Positions 28,949 through 38,119 of a stretch of 64,000 bases of DNA are shown one piece after another. Made by a program: the position numbers and the translations under genes. The notes under the pieces were generated by a model. That model did no database searches. It worked only from the letters and a program-made list of their open reading frames with translations, and was not told the origin of the DNA. The stretch comes from an uncultured Bacteriovorax sp. (GTDB taxonomy: Bacteria > Bdellovibrionota > UBA1018). The stretch spans positions 3,359-67,358 of the forward strand of contig CAZDSX010000004.1 of assembly GCA_964508305.1 (NCBI GenBank). Direction: 5' to 3'. The first letter of the stretch is position 1; every line of letters begins with the position of its first letter.

Positions 28949-28999
28949 GCTGTCACAAAAATTGGCATCGGTTGAGTAATTCACTAGACTATAGAGGCT

Positions 29000-30187
29000 A
29001 TGGGGTGCTCTCGCCTTCTCAGGTTATTGAATCTTCTCCTCCTCGCGGCATCAGCCGGAGCGGGCTATAACCTTCCGCCCACAGACGAACTTTCCCGCAA
29101 GTCGGATGAAGCCTTCTTCAAGAAACTGAAAGCACATTACAGCGGCCAGAATCGACCGAGCGAATCCCGCTGTTCCAGTTCGTCACAGTCTTCGGCATTT
29201 CAGGCTGGCTTCGATCAGGGGCTATCGGGTGAGGCCTACCTCCTGCCGCTGGGGGTGGTCGACCTTTCTCCCAACCCTAACGATCCCCGTGAAGAGGCCA
29301 GAAATTTTGAGGCCAATTTAGCCTGCAAAGGAACCAGTGACGACTATTGCTGTGAGCTTGGCTTTAGGAAGGGTGAACGTGCCTTGAGGGTGGCGCTCGA
29401 AAAGGTTCCAGCCGGAGACCCAACGAGCCCGACCTGCGCACGCGAAATGACCGAAGGCTCCGCCCTGGCTATCCACTACTGCAGTGCCAATCATCAGATC
29501 TCTCCGCCCGAGGGAATTCAGTTCGCCAACAAAAGGGCGTCCACCGGCAACGCCTATTGCAGCGAGAATCAGGCAAGGGAGGCGGAAAGGAAAAGCCAGG
29601 AAGTCGCCGCACAGACCGAGAACTTGGATCGCCTCTTTAGAACCAGTTTCGCGACGCAGACCCAGAATGGCCAGTTCGAACTTCACCCACCCAGATTTGG
29701 GGGCAGTCTGGAGTCCAACAGTCCGCTCGTTTTGACGAACTTTCAGCTCCCCTCGTTGCTAGGAGACGCGTGGTTCGAGACGCCGCTGAGTCCGACCAGC
29801 GTTTTCTCCTTTAAACACAGCCGATCGGAGGCGGAATGGAGCTTTGGTCGCTGGCTCCGCGAAATGGAGCTCAGCAACGCCTTGAGCCAACTCGCCCAAG
29901 CCAAGTCCGCACTGAAGGCGATCCAGGATAAGGCCGTGTGCACCCAGGATCCCGACAGCCCACTTCCCGACCAAAAATACCAGGGCTGCTTCGTATCGGG
30001 CTTCTCCAACATCCTTCACACCTTCCTTCCCACTTGCGAGGAGAAGATCCTTGAGGAGGCCGCACGACTCAACGTTGGAGACGATCCCTCCAAGGCCAGC
30101 CAAGCCGAGAAGAAGCCCGAGCCCCACCCGGGCTCTTCATCCGGCAAAGCAACCTCCGGTAGGCAGAAGGCGGGTGGAGCGAAATGA
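29000..30187 (+). CDS. secreted hypothetical protein (Cys-rich)
   Basis: Signal peptide MGCSRLLRLLNLLLLAASAGAG. No recognisable motif. Translationally coupled (ATGA) to the next gene. Confidence 0.5.
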   Translation: MGCSRLLRLLNLLLLAASAGAGYNLPPTDELSRKSDEAFFKKLKAHYSGQNRPSESRCSSSSQSSAFQAGFDQGLSGEAYLLPLGVVDLSPNPNDPREEARNFEANLACKGTSDDYCCELGFRKGERALRVALEKVPAGDPTSPTCAREMTEGSALAIHYCSANHQISPPEGIQFANKRASTGNAYCSENQAREAERKSQEVAAQTENLDRLFRTSFATQTQNGQFELHPPRFGGSLESNSPLVLTNFQLPSLLGDAWFETPLSPTSVFSFKHSRSEAEWSFGRWLREMELSNALSQLAQAKSALKAIQDKAVCTQDPDSPLPDQKYQGCFVSGFSNILHTFLPTCEEKILEEAARLNVGDDPSKASQAEKKPEPHPGSSSGKATSGRQKAGGAK

Positions 30188-31671
30188 AGCCATCCGCTGC
30201 GATTCGATTGGCTGCCCTCATCCCCCTGGTTCACATTCTGAGCCCTGTCACTGCGCAGGCTGGGTCACACGGACGCGAGGATGGGCCTAAAGACTGGTCA
30301 CTTAAGCCTCTGATAGTACCAGAACCATCCTCAGCTGAACACCAAGCTAAAACCCCAGCCGCTCCCGCCACCTCCGAGCCCGCCTCGCCGCCTTCAACGG
30401 CCTATTGCCATTGGGATAGCAGCCAGCCCAGAATCAATCCGCAGATTCGACCGACGCCATCACCTCTGCCCACCAATCCCGTGGAGCAACCGGTTCGCCC
30501 GATTCGTGACATTGCAATTGCCGCAGATCCCTCAAGCCGAAGCCAGATGGTAGCCGAACTCAGCCCCTTCATGTCGGACCCATTCGGCTCAGGCTTTCGA
30601 AGCGAGCTCGCATCGGATCTTGAACGCTTGAACGAGGCGACCCGCTCACGCGATAGCTCAGCTCGCTCACCCATCGCCATCTCGCGCGCATCCGAACAGG
30701 CAGCGAGGATCTCCTCAAATCCCGGCAGCAAGCTCGCACCCCAGGACAGGCGACTCCTCGAGTCCGTCCAAAACCGATTGAGCTCACTGCAAGGCACCAC
30801 CCCGGACCTTGCCATGAGCGAGCTCATGCGCGGAGCCAACAAGCCCATTCCGCTGGTGAGCGTTTACGATGAATCCATCCCTGGCCCGATCGTGGATCGT
30901 GCGGCGCTTTTTCTCAGCCTTTCTCCGACGGAGCAGGCCGCTCTGGCGAGCCAGATCAAGCGCGCCGAAACGGTACCCAATGTACAGCTCCAGTTCATCC
31001 AAGGTCTTCTGCCTCGGGATTGGAACGCCTCGAGCCGCATTCGCTCCGAGAGCAACAGCTGCGCCGGATTCATTGGCATTACCCTTCGGGACCAGCTCAG
31101 GTCCGCGCGGCTCCAGGTTGCTGATCTGGAGATCCTCCATGAGTACGTCCGCACAGGCAGCGCATCTGCACTGGACTCGGTCGGCAAGGCCAAGGCCCTT
31201 GCCCTCAAGTCGCTTGGTGCGCAGCTCAAGGCCGTGCAGGTCCAGCTGGGTGAACCCCTGATGCCGGGGGACCTTCTGATCCATCGGCACTCAGGCGAGG
31301 ACGATGGCGAAGCGTGGATCGTCCACGAATACGATGTGTTTTACAAAAGCGCTCGCGTGGTCAATCCGTTTGGATTCGGCATCCCCTCGGGCGCATCGGG
31401 TGCCGGAATGGGAAGGCTCAAGACCTTCAACTTGCTCGAAGACAGCCAGTCGGTTTCCGAGTTCAACGCAGACCTCTCGCCGGCTCGCCCCAAGCAGGGC
31501 GTGATGGCCCTCAGGCTCCGCGGCGAATCGCTTGCCGAAGACTGCTCGTCGGCCATTCGCGCCATTCGGGAGTTTGCCGCCCAGCAGCCCGCATCGACGG
31601 CCGCAGTGGGCCGACAGCCTGCGTCCGCCCCCCAGCAGAGTTCCCCCCCGGTGAAGGGAAGCGCACTCTAG
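30184..31671 (+). CDS. secreted hypothetical protein with a possible papain/NlpC-P60-like Cys...His core
   Basis: Signal peptide MKPSAAIRLAALIPLVHILSPVTAQA. Segment NSCAGFIGITLRDQ is followed ~75 aa later by PGDLLIHRHSGEDDGEAWIVHEYD. Similarity to NlpC/P60 motifs is suggestive only. Confidence 0.5.
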   Translation: MKPSAAIRLAALIPLVHILSPVTAQAGSHGREDGPKDWSLKPLIVPEPSSAEHQAKTPAAPATSEPASPPSTAYCHWDSSQPRINPQIRPTPSPLPTNPVEQPVRPIRDIAIAADPSSRSQMVAELSPFMSDPFGSGFRSELASDLERLNEATRSRDSSARSPIAISRASEQAARISSNPGSKLAPQDRRLLESVQNRLSSLQGTTPDLAMSELMRGANKPIPLVSVYDESIPGPIVDRAALFLSLSPTEQAALASQIKRAETVPNVQLQFIQGLLPRDWNASSRIRSESNSCAGFIGITLRDQLRSARLQVADLEILHEYVRTGSASALDSVGKAKALALKSLGAQLKAVQVQLGEPLMPGDLLIHRHSGEDDGEAWIVHEYDVFYKSARVVNPFGFGIPSGASGAGMGRLKTFNLLEDSQSVSEFNADLSPARPKQGVMALRLRGESLAEDCSSAIRAIREFAAQQPASTAAVGRQPASAPQQSSPPVKGSAL

Positions 31672-31687
31672 CCCTAAAGCACCTCCT

Positions 31688-32800
31688 GTGGCATTCATGG
31701 GCTGCATGCTTAAGCCCATTGCTCGTATTGTACGCATTACGGCCTCTGCGATCTTGTTGCTCGCTTCCGTCTCCAACGCAGGAACGATTGCTCCACAGGA
31801 ACTTCCGGATCTGGTCGAAAAAGTCCTGCCCGGAGTCGTCAATATCAGCTCCATGACGGTGGCCCAGCAGGGCATCCCCGGAATGGAGGACTTTTTCCTT
31901 TTCTGGGGGATCCCGCGCGAGCGGCGACAGAGCTCGCTGGGTTCGGGCTTCATCATCAATGCCGAGGAGGGCCTCGTCCTCACCAACAACCACGTGGTTG
32001 CCCATGCAACCGAGGTGCAGGTCAGCCTGGTGGACAAGAAAAGTTACAGTGCACGGATCATCGGTCTCGACCCCAAACTGGATCTTGCGCTCCTGCAACT
32101 TGCCGATCCCAAGACCCGCAGGCCCCCGGCTGGACTCAAGTCGGTGCCGTTTGGCGACTCAAGCACGGTTCGGATTGCCGAACCCGTATTTGCCGTGGGA
32201 AATCCCTTCAGTCTCCAGCACACGGTCACGGTGGGAATCATCTCGGCCAAGAACCGTACGATCGGGATCGGGCCGTTTGACAATTTTCTCCAGACCGATG
32301 CCTCGATCAACCCGGGCAACTCGGGCGGGCCGCTGTTCAACTTCAAGGGCGAAGTGATCGGAATCAATACGGCCATCTTTTCCAAGAGCGGCCAAAGCGG
32401 CGGGCTGGGCTTTGCGATCCCCGCAAACGAGGCCAAGGCTGTGATCGATTCCCTCAAGCGCTACGGCCGAGTCCCACGCCCCTGGCTGGGGATCCTTTCC
32501 GAACGCGTGACGCCACCGCTTGCCCGGTACTACGGCCTTCCCGTCGAGTCGGGAGTCTTGGTTTACAACCTGGTCAACCGCGCTCCTGCCATCAAAGCGG
32601 GGATTCGCCAGGGAGACATTCTGATCTCGATCGACGGGACACAGGTCCAGGACAGCTACGACGTGGAGCGGGCCCTCAACCGCAAGAAGCCTGGCGACAC
32701 CGTCGAACTCAAGCTCAACCGCGCAGGCCAAAGCATCAGCAAGTCGGTCAAGATGACCGAGCTGCCTATCAACGAAGACCTGCCTCCGGGCATGATCTAA
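31688..32800 (+). CDS. htrA: HtrA/DegP-family periplasmic serine protease (trypsin-like + PDZ)
   Basis: Catalytic motifs TNNHVV, D, and GNSGGPL. C-terminal PDZ segment. Confidence 0.9.
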   Translation: MAFMGCMLKPIARIVRITASAILLLASVSNAGTIAPQELPDLVEKVLPGVVNISSMTVAQQGIPGMEDFFLFWGIPRERRQSSLGSGFIINAEEGLVLTNNHVVAHATEVQVSLVDKKSYSARIIGLDPKLDLALLQLADPKTRRPPAGLKSVPFGDSSTVRIAEPVFAVGNPFSLQHTVTVGIISAKNRTIGIGPFDNFLQTDASINPGNSGGPLFNFKGEVIGINTAIFSKSGQSGGLGFAIPANEAKAVIDSLKRYGRVPRPWLGILSERVTPPLARYYGLPVESGVLVYNLVNRAPAIKAGIRQGDILISIDGTQVQDSYDVERALNRKKPGDTVELKLNRAGQSISKSVKMTELPINEDLPPGMI

Positions 32801-32818
32801 AGGAACATAAGGAATCCC

Positions 32819-33442
32819 ATGATCCACGAACGCCGCAAGGGCACAGGCAGCAGCCACTCCCCCCTCCCCGTCGACTACACTCGAATGGTGGAGGAAGTAT
32901 TCACGACCAACTTCTCGGATTCAGTCGACCGACTGGAGCTCGAACCGAAGCCCGTGTTTGTCGCAGGCGGGGAGATCTACGCCGACGAAATCGTCGTCCA
33001 TATCGCCCTCGTGCAGGAGGGACGAATCGCGGCCACGCAGGCGTATGCCAGCACGGATTTCGACCCCAAGGCGAGCTCACCCAAGATCGAGGACCTGCTT
33101 GCGGTTTGTGTCGACGCGGTGGGCGAAGTGTTTGCCGGAGTCTTTGAGGCATCGAGCAAGCTCGAAGACAAGGAGGCCATCCTGACGGCAAGCCTCAACG
33201 ACCTCGGCGAAAAAGGCCCTGTTCCCCAGGAGTGGACCCAAATCGAAATTGAAAAGCGCAAGATTCACGTCCGCGTGGACAAGACCAATCCCGCGATGGA
33301 TGCGGCAGCCGATGCCTGGCTTGCCAAGAATGATCCTGAGTTCCTCAAAAACGAGGAAAAGAACCTCAAGAAGGCAGAGCAGCTCTTTGTTCTCCCGCCA
33401 AAGACCTCGTCCGGAAAAAAGGGCGGGGGCCCGCTCCACTAG
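32819..33442 (+). CDS. hypothetical acidic cytoplasmic protein
   Basis: RBS AAGGAA upstream. No recognisable motif. Confidence 0.5.
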   Translation: MIHERRKGTGSSHSPLPVDYTRMVEEVFTTNFSDSVDRLELEPKPVFVAGGEIYADEIVVHIALVQEGRIAATQAYASTDFDPKASSPKIEDLLAVCVDAVGEVFAGVFEASSKLEDKEAILTASLNDLGEKGPVPQEWTQIEIEKRKIHVRVDKTNPAMDAAADAWLAKNDPEFLKNEEKNLKKAEQLFVLPPKTSSGKKGGGPLH

Positions 33443-33456
33443 CAGGCATCCACTCT

Positions 33457-34455
33457 GTGATCCGATTGCCGGGCTCACTGTTTCTAAAAAGGGGTATTGT
33501 CAGTGCAAGCCTGTGCCTCGGTGCATGCGCGCATGCACCACCGCCGTCCACGGCAAGCTGGATTGCCATGGGAACCCGTGTCGAGCTGAGGGGGCCGGGC
33601 TGCGTCGATCAGGGTACTCGAATTCGACTCGGGAACGAGGCAATGGCCGTGATTCGCGAGACCGAGAGCCGCTATTCGACCTGGCTTCCCGATTCACCGC
33701 TTTCGCGACTCAACCAGCTTCGCTCCCAAGCCATTCCTAAGGTCAACCCTGAACTGGATCGCCTTTTCGAAGAGCTCGAGCGGGTGATCGAGCTCTCTCT
33801 CGCCTGGGAGGGCGCCTTCCATCCGGGCCTCGGACGCTGGATCCTCGCGGGTGGCGCTCGCGAAGGCAAGGCACCTGAGGCAGCCAGATTGAAAGCCCTG
33901 GGAACCCCGCCCCGGATCTCCGCTCTTCGCAGGTTTCCCCGAGGGTCCAGAGTCAAAAAGGCGCTCGAAGACCCAAGATGGGTGTTTGAGGAAGGAGGCT
34001 TCGCCAAGGGGCTTGCGCTGGATTTGGCAGTAAAATCCTTTGATCTCACGGCGTCCCAGTGCAGCGTGGAGCTGAACCTGGGCGGACAACTGATCCACCG
34101 CGGCCCCAGCCCCAGTCGTGTTCATGTTGCATCACCCACGAATCGATCCGAGGCCTGGGTCGAAGTCACGATCCACAACGAGTCGGTCGCGACATCAGGA
34201 CAATCGGAGCAACCCGGACATATCCTTGACCCTCGCACTGGCCTCCCCACTCCGCGACTTGGCTCCGCCACTGTACTCCACGCATCGGCACTGATGGCCG
34301 ACATCGGGGCCACAGCACTGGCAGTGCTCGGCCCGCACGCGACTCCTTGGGTGGACTGGCTCTACCTCACCCCTGACGGGCACGCCTATGCTCCCGTCAG
34401 GCTCAAGGGTCGACTGAGGCCCCTGCGTCCACTCCAGTGGCACTGGGTGGATTGA
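33457..34455 (+). CDS. apbE: FAD:protein FMN transferase ApbE (lipoprotein)
   Basis: Lipobox LCLGAC. ApbE motifs AMGTRVEL, GGFAKGLALD, SVATSGQSEQ...HILDPRTGLP. Confidence 0.85.
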   Translation: MIRLPGSLFLKRGIVSASLCLGACAHAPPPSTASWIAMGTRVELRGPGCVDQGTRIRLGNEAMAVIRETESRYSTWLPDSPLSRLNQLRSQAIPKVNPELDRLFEELERVIELSLAWEGAFHPGLGRWILAGGAREGKAPEAARLKALGTPPRISALRRFPRGSRVKKALEDPRWVFEEGGFAKGLALDLAVKSFDLTASQCSVELNLGGQLIHRGPSPSRVHVASPTNRSEAWVEVTIHNESVATSGQSEQPGHILDPRTGLPTPRLGSATVLHASALMADIGATALAVLGPHATPWVDWLYLTPDGHAYAPVRLKGRLRPLRPLQWHWVD

Positions 34456-34476
34456 CATCCGCCAGTGCCAGCGCTA

Positions 34477-34496
34477 TTGAGACTCATTATCAATAA
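34477..34496. promoter_or_regulatory. candidate Fur box (TGAGACTCATTATCA)
   Basis: The right half-site ATTATCA is perfect and the overall shape is 7-1-7 compared with TGATAATnATTATCA. Located 15-35 nt upstream of the fur start. Confidence 0.45.
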
Positions 34497-34510
34497 CGCG
34501 CTTTAGACCG

Positions 34511-35050
34511 ATGATGAACAAAAAACCCAGGCCCACGCTCCAGTGCGGCAGGCCGGCCCAGGCGCCCGCCAGAATCAGCCCCGCCGAAGTTGCAGCATAC
34601 AGACAGAAACTCTCCCACTACCTCTCCAAGAGCGGAGGGCGCTTCACCGAGCCTCGATGGCAGGTGGCGCTTGCGATCCTGGATGCGGGCCGGCACCTCG
34701 ATTCAGGAGCGATCGTGGAGCGAGTCAAACGCACCGACCCCCGGATCGGTGCTGCCACCGTATACAGAGCCATCAAACTGCTTTGTGACGCCGGAATCCT
34801 TGAGGAATCCCATCAGGGCGCGACCGGCAAGACCGTCTACGAACTCTGCGGCGATGAACACCATGACCATATCGTCTGCAGCGACTGCGGGGCAGTGTTC
34901 GAGTTCCATGACCGAGCACTTGAGAAGGCGCAGGAAGAGATCGCTTCGAAGGAAGGCTTCAAGCTTGAAGGCCACCGGCATGTACTCATGGGGCGCTGTG
35001 CCTGGCTTTCAAAGGAAAACTCACCAAAAAACAAAGGGGCCCGCAGATGA
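34511..35050 (+). CDS. Fur-family metalloregulator (Fur/Zur/PerR)
   Basis: Winged-helix N-terminus and C-terminal HHDHIVCSDCG metal-binding cluster. Confidence 0.85.
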   Translation: MMNKKPRPTLQCGRPAQAPARISPAEVAAYRQKLSHYLSKSGGRFTEPRWQVALAILDAGRHLDSGAIVERVKRTDPRIGAATVYRAIKLLCDAGILEESHQGATGKTVYELCGDEHHDHIVCSDCGAVFEFHDRALEKAQEEIASKEGFKLEGHRHVLMGRCAWLSKENSPKNKGARR

Positions 35051-36363
35051 AGTTGAAACCCACCGGTATGCTGATCGTACTTTGGATCGCCCTGCTGGGC
35101 CATGGAGCCGTCATGGCTCGGGCCGAGACGGGGACTGCAGAGCTTGAGCGCCGAATCGATCTTCTTGCACAGGAACTCGAAAATCTCCGGCTCGGCGAAG
35201 TCTCTGCCAAAGCCGATCAGCGCCAGCATGGACTGGGACCTGCTGCATCCAAAGTCTACCGCAACAAGACCGGTGTCTCGATCGGCGGCTATGGAGAGCT
35301 CGTCTACCAGGACTTTGATGCCACCCGTGACTCGGGCGCAAGCATCCCTCCCCAGGACCAGGTCAATTTTCAGAGGCTGGTCCTCTATTTCGGATACAAG
35401 TTCAGTGACAAACTCCTGCTCAATACGGAGCTTGAATTCGAGCACGCAAGCAGCAGCGGCAACCGCGCAGGCCAGAACGGCTCGTGGGGCCTGGAGTTTG
35501 CCTACATTGACTACCAGATCGATCCCGCGCTCAGCGTACGAGCGGGCAATCTGCTCCTCCCCATGGGATGGATCAACGAGCTGCATGAGCCCACCGTCTT
35601 CCTCGGCGTGAGGCGGCCCGACGTCGAACTCGCCATCTTGCCCTCGACCTGGCGGGAGAACGGCGTGGGACTCTATGGGGAACTGGGGAATTGGAGTTAT
35701 CGCACCTACCTCATCAATGGTTTTGATGCCGGCGGCTGCCGTGCGGCGAGCTGCGGAAACGGCGGTTTTGATTCCACGGGAATTCGCCAGGGACGGCAGA
35801 ACGGCTCAAGGGCCCTGGCCCAGGACCCGGCATGGGTGAGTCGCCTGGACTGGACGCCGATCGCCGGTGCGACGCTCGGCGGAGCCTTTTACGCGGGCGA
35901 TGCCGGACAGGACCAAACGACGAACAGCACTCCCGATCTCCCCATCCGGATTGCCGACCTTCATCTTGAATACAGGCGAGCAGGATGGGACGCGCGCGCC
36001 CTTGCCGCAGCAAGCTGGATCCAGAATACGGCAGCACTCAACACTGCAAGGTCACTCTCGGGCGCCAATGGAGTGGGCTCAAGGCAGTACGGCTGCTATG
36101 CGCAGCTCGGGCGGGTTTTCGGGGCCGAGTCGGGATCCGCATGGGTCAAGACCCCATTTCTTCGCTATGAACAGTGGAACTCCCAATGGTCAGTGCCAGC
36201 CGGTTTTGATCGAAATCCTGCAAATGCCCAACGAAGCCTGACACTGGGGCTTCAATTGAAGTCACTGGACCAGCTGGTGCTCACGGCAGAACTCCAGGAC
36301 TTCAGCAACGGAGCGAATACGGGGCTCGATCAACTCAATCTTGGAATGGGGTTCATCTTTTGA
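35047..36363 (+). CDS. outer-membrane beta-barrel porin-like protein (N-terminal coiled coil; OprO/P-like)
   Basis: Signal peptide. Coiled coil ELERRIDLLAQELENLR. Alternating amphipathic beta-strands. C-terminal aromatic GMGFIF terminus typical of outer-membrane proteins. ATGA overlap with fur. Confidence 0.6.
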   Translation: MKLKPTGMLIVLWIALLGHGAVMARAETGTAELERRIDLLAQELENLRLGEVSAKADQRQHGLGPAASKVYRNKTGVSIGGYGELVYQDFDATRDSGASIPPQDQVNFQRLVLYFGYKFSDKLLLNTELEFEHASSSGNRAGQNGSWGLEFAYIDYQIDPALSVRAGNLLLPMGWINELHEPTVFLGVRRPDVELAILPSTWRENGVGLYGELGNWSYRTYLINGFDAGGCRAASCGNGGFDSTGIRQGRQNGSRALAQDPAWVSRLDWTPIAGATLGGAFYAGDAGQDQTTNSTPDLPIRIADLHLEYRRAGWDARALAAASWIQNTAALNTARSLSGANGVGSRQYGCYAQLGRVFGAESGSAWVKTPFLRYEQWNSQWSVPAGFDRNPANAQRSLTLGLQLKSLDQLVLTAELQDFSNGANTGLDQLNLGMGFIF

Positions 36364-36893
36364 AGGCAGGCCTGCTCCAACTCATGGCAATCACTCCTGC
36401 GATTGCTTCAATCGCTCCCCATGCTCACGCCAAGGTCTTCCAAGGCACTGAGGCCTTCCTGTCCGGGCTTGCAGGGTCCTGTCCGATCCAAAAGACGACC
36501 CACTACCTCACCGCCGAGCAGCTGGGCCGCCTGGGCAGGGTGCCGACGGCCATCATCGTGAGGTATCAAATCGCCTGCGCAAGCTTGGGTTCGAAATGGG
36601 TCTACTTCGACTCTCATCGAGTGCGGACCCAGTCGGAGACGCTTGCGATCGTGATCGGTGGCGACTCGAGGCTCGAGGAGGTTCGAGTACTGTCATTTGA
36701 CGAGCCCGAGGAGTACCTCCCCAAGCCCAAGTGGTTCCAGGTGTTTACCGGAAAGGGACTCTCCCCGAGCCTTGCACTTCAAGCCGACATTCCGATGATC
36801 ACGGGCGCCACCCTCTCCGCCCGCTCAGCCACCGAGGCAGTACGAAGGACCCTCTCCATCCATCGCGAGATCGGCAAGGAGGGAACCCAGTGA
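36360..36893 (+). CDS. periplasmic FMN-binding-domain protein (probable ApbE flavinylation substrate)
   Basis: Signal peptide. FMN_bind signature DIPMITGATLSARS matches the flavinylation motif [IV][ST]GAT[L][ST]. ATGA overlap with the porin gene. Confidence 0.65.
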   Translation: MKAGLLQLMAITPAIASIAPHAHAKVFQGTEAFLSGLAGSCPIQKTTHYLTAEQLGRLGRVPTAIIVRYQIACASLGSKWVYFDSHRVRTQSETLAIVIGGDSRLEEVRVLSFDEPEEYLPKPKWFQVFTGKGLSPSLALQADIPMITGATLSARSATEAVRRTLSIHREIGKEGTQ

Positions 36894-37342
36894 GCAGCCG
36901 GATGAGCCCCAGAACCAGGGGCGTATTCCACGGCGGAAACCTCTGGGTGGGAGCAAGCGGAGTCCTCTATGCCGTAATCAAATGGCTGGTTCCGAAACCT
37001 GCCTCGGAGTTCGGGATAGCAGTGCACCCCTGGGAGCCTGCCCTCAAGGCGCTCCACCTGGCCACTTCTCCATTGTTGGTTTTTGCCATCGGCTGGCTCT
37101 GGCACTCCCACGTTCAAGGACAGCTCCGACGAAGCGGGCGGAAAAAACGCGTCTCGGGGATGAGCCTTGTCCTTCTGGCTGCGCCTATGGTTTTTTCGGG
37201 CATTTTTTACCAAATCGCAGTGAGCGAGGCGGCCCGGACATTTTGGTCACAGGTCCATCTCTGGTGCGGGATGGCATGGATCGCAGGATCGTTAGCGCAT
37301 TGGGAGCACTTGAGATCCATTTTCAAGCAAGGCCGGTCTTAG
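36890..37342 (+). CDS. His-rich 4-TM membrane protein (possibly cytochrome-b/DUF4405-like)
   Basis: GTG at 36890 overlaps the previous stop and is preceded by AAGGAGGG. Four predicted helices with conserved-looking His residues (WLWHSHV, HLWCG, AHWEHL). Confidence 0.5.
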   Translation: MSSRMSPRTRGVFHGGNLWVGASGVLYAVIKWLVPKPASEFGIAVHPWEPALKALHLATSPLLVFAIGWLWHSHVQGQLRRSGRKKRVSGMSLVLLAAPMVFSGIFYQIAVSEAARTFWSQVHLWCGMAWIAGSLAHWEHLRSIFKQGRS

Positions 37343-38085
37343 AACGCGTCGGTCTCGTCTTCGAAGTCACGCTTGATGCTATCGATGCTTGAATCGGCAT
37401 CGGAGCTTGCTTCAGCCTCGAAATCATCATCATTTTCCTCGAGGTCGAGATCCACGATGACCTTGGCAAATTCCTTGTCGTTGGCGAGGTCCTGGCGGAT
37501 CGCTTCGATGTACTTCTCAGGATACTTGGCCACGAGCTCTTCGATGTACTGGTTGAGCTTGCCTTCCTTGAGGATGACTTCCTTGCGCTTAATCTTCTTC
37601 CAATTCTTGATGTAGTGCAGGCGGCAGTATCCGGCCGAAGTGCCGAGGCCTTCGCAGGCCACCTCGCGGCAGACCGTATCGAAGGTCGGCTCCACGGTCA
37701 GGCGTCCCATCAGGCGTTCGGTGACTCTTTCAACGGCGGCGGCAGCTGCGCTGACTGCCTTCGCAGAAGCCTTGGCCGCCTTGGCAGAGGGTGCCTTGCC
37801 AGAGGGTACCTTGACCGAGCCGGCCTTCGCGGGAGCGGACTTGGCGACAGCCTTGAGGGGTAGCGACTGCTGGACTGGAGCCTTGCCTGCGGCCTTGGTT
37901 GCTGCTGCCTTGGGGGCCGCCTTTGCCGCGGGCTTGGTGGTCGACTTGACTGCCTTGACGGCGGCCTTGACGGCGCCCTTCAAAGTCTTGCTGATCGACG
38001 AGCCCTTTGAGGGCTGGTACTTCATGTGAGTCGGCTTCTGGACGGAGGCGGACTTGCGGGCAGGATTGTTCTTTCGAGCAGCCAT
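37339..38085 (-). CDS. lysine/alanine-rich histone H1/AlgP-like protein with a Cys/His C-terminal domain and acidic tail
   Basis: N-terminal KAAxK/AKAA repeats of ~110 aa. C-terminal module CREVACEGLGTSAGYCRLH (Cx4Cx9CxxH). Terminal DDDFEAEASSDADSS acidic tail. RBS GAGG upstream of ATG 38083-38085. Confidence 0.6.
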   Translation of the reverse strand: MAARKNNPARKSASVQKPTHMKYQPSKGSSISKTLKGAVKAAVKAVKSTTKPAAKAAPKAAATKAAGKAPVQQSLPLKAVAKSAPAKAGSVKVPSGKAPSAKAAKASAKAVSAAAAAVERVTERLMGRLTVEPTFDTVCREVACEGLGTSAGYCRLHYIKNWKKIKRKEVILKEGKLNQYIEELVAKYPEKYIEAIRQDLANDKEFAKVIVDLDLEENDDDFEAEASSDADSSIDSIKRDFEDETDAF

Positions 38086-38087
38086 CG

Positions 38088-38103
38088 AAAACGACCTCGT
38101 TTT
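38088..38103. promoter_or_regulatory. perfect palindrome AAAACGACCTCGTTTT overlapping the RBS of the H1-like gene, in the 34-bp divergent region before nagA
   Basis: 7-bp arms with a 2-nt spacer. It contains the GAGG Shine-Dalgarno sequence of the minus-strand gene. Confidence 0.3.
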
Positions 38104-38119
38104 TTGTTAGGCTCTGTGG

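Noticed and set aside
28955-28975. Sigma-54-like TGGCAT-N-TTGAG upstream of the 29000 gene
   Set aside because: The -12 element is GT rather than GC and the spacing is off by one. It is not a convincing RpoN site.
37700-37990. Short tandem repeats (gcc/aag-rich)
   Set aside because: Coding repeats for the KAAK/AKAA motif of the H1-like protein, not a mobile element or satellite.
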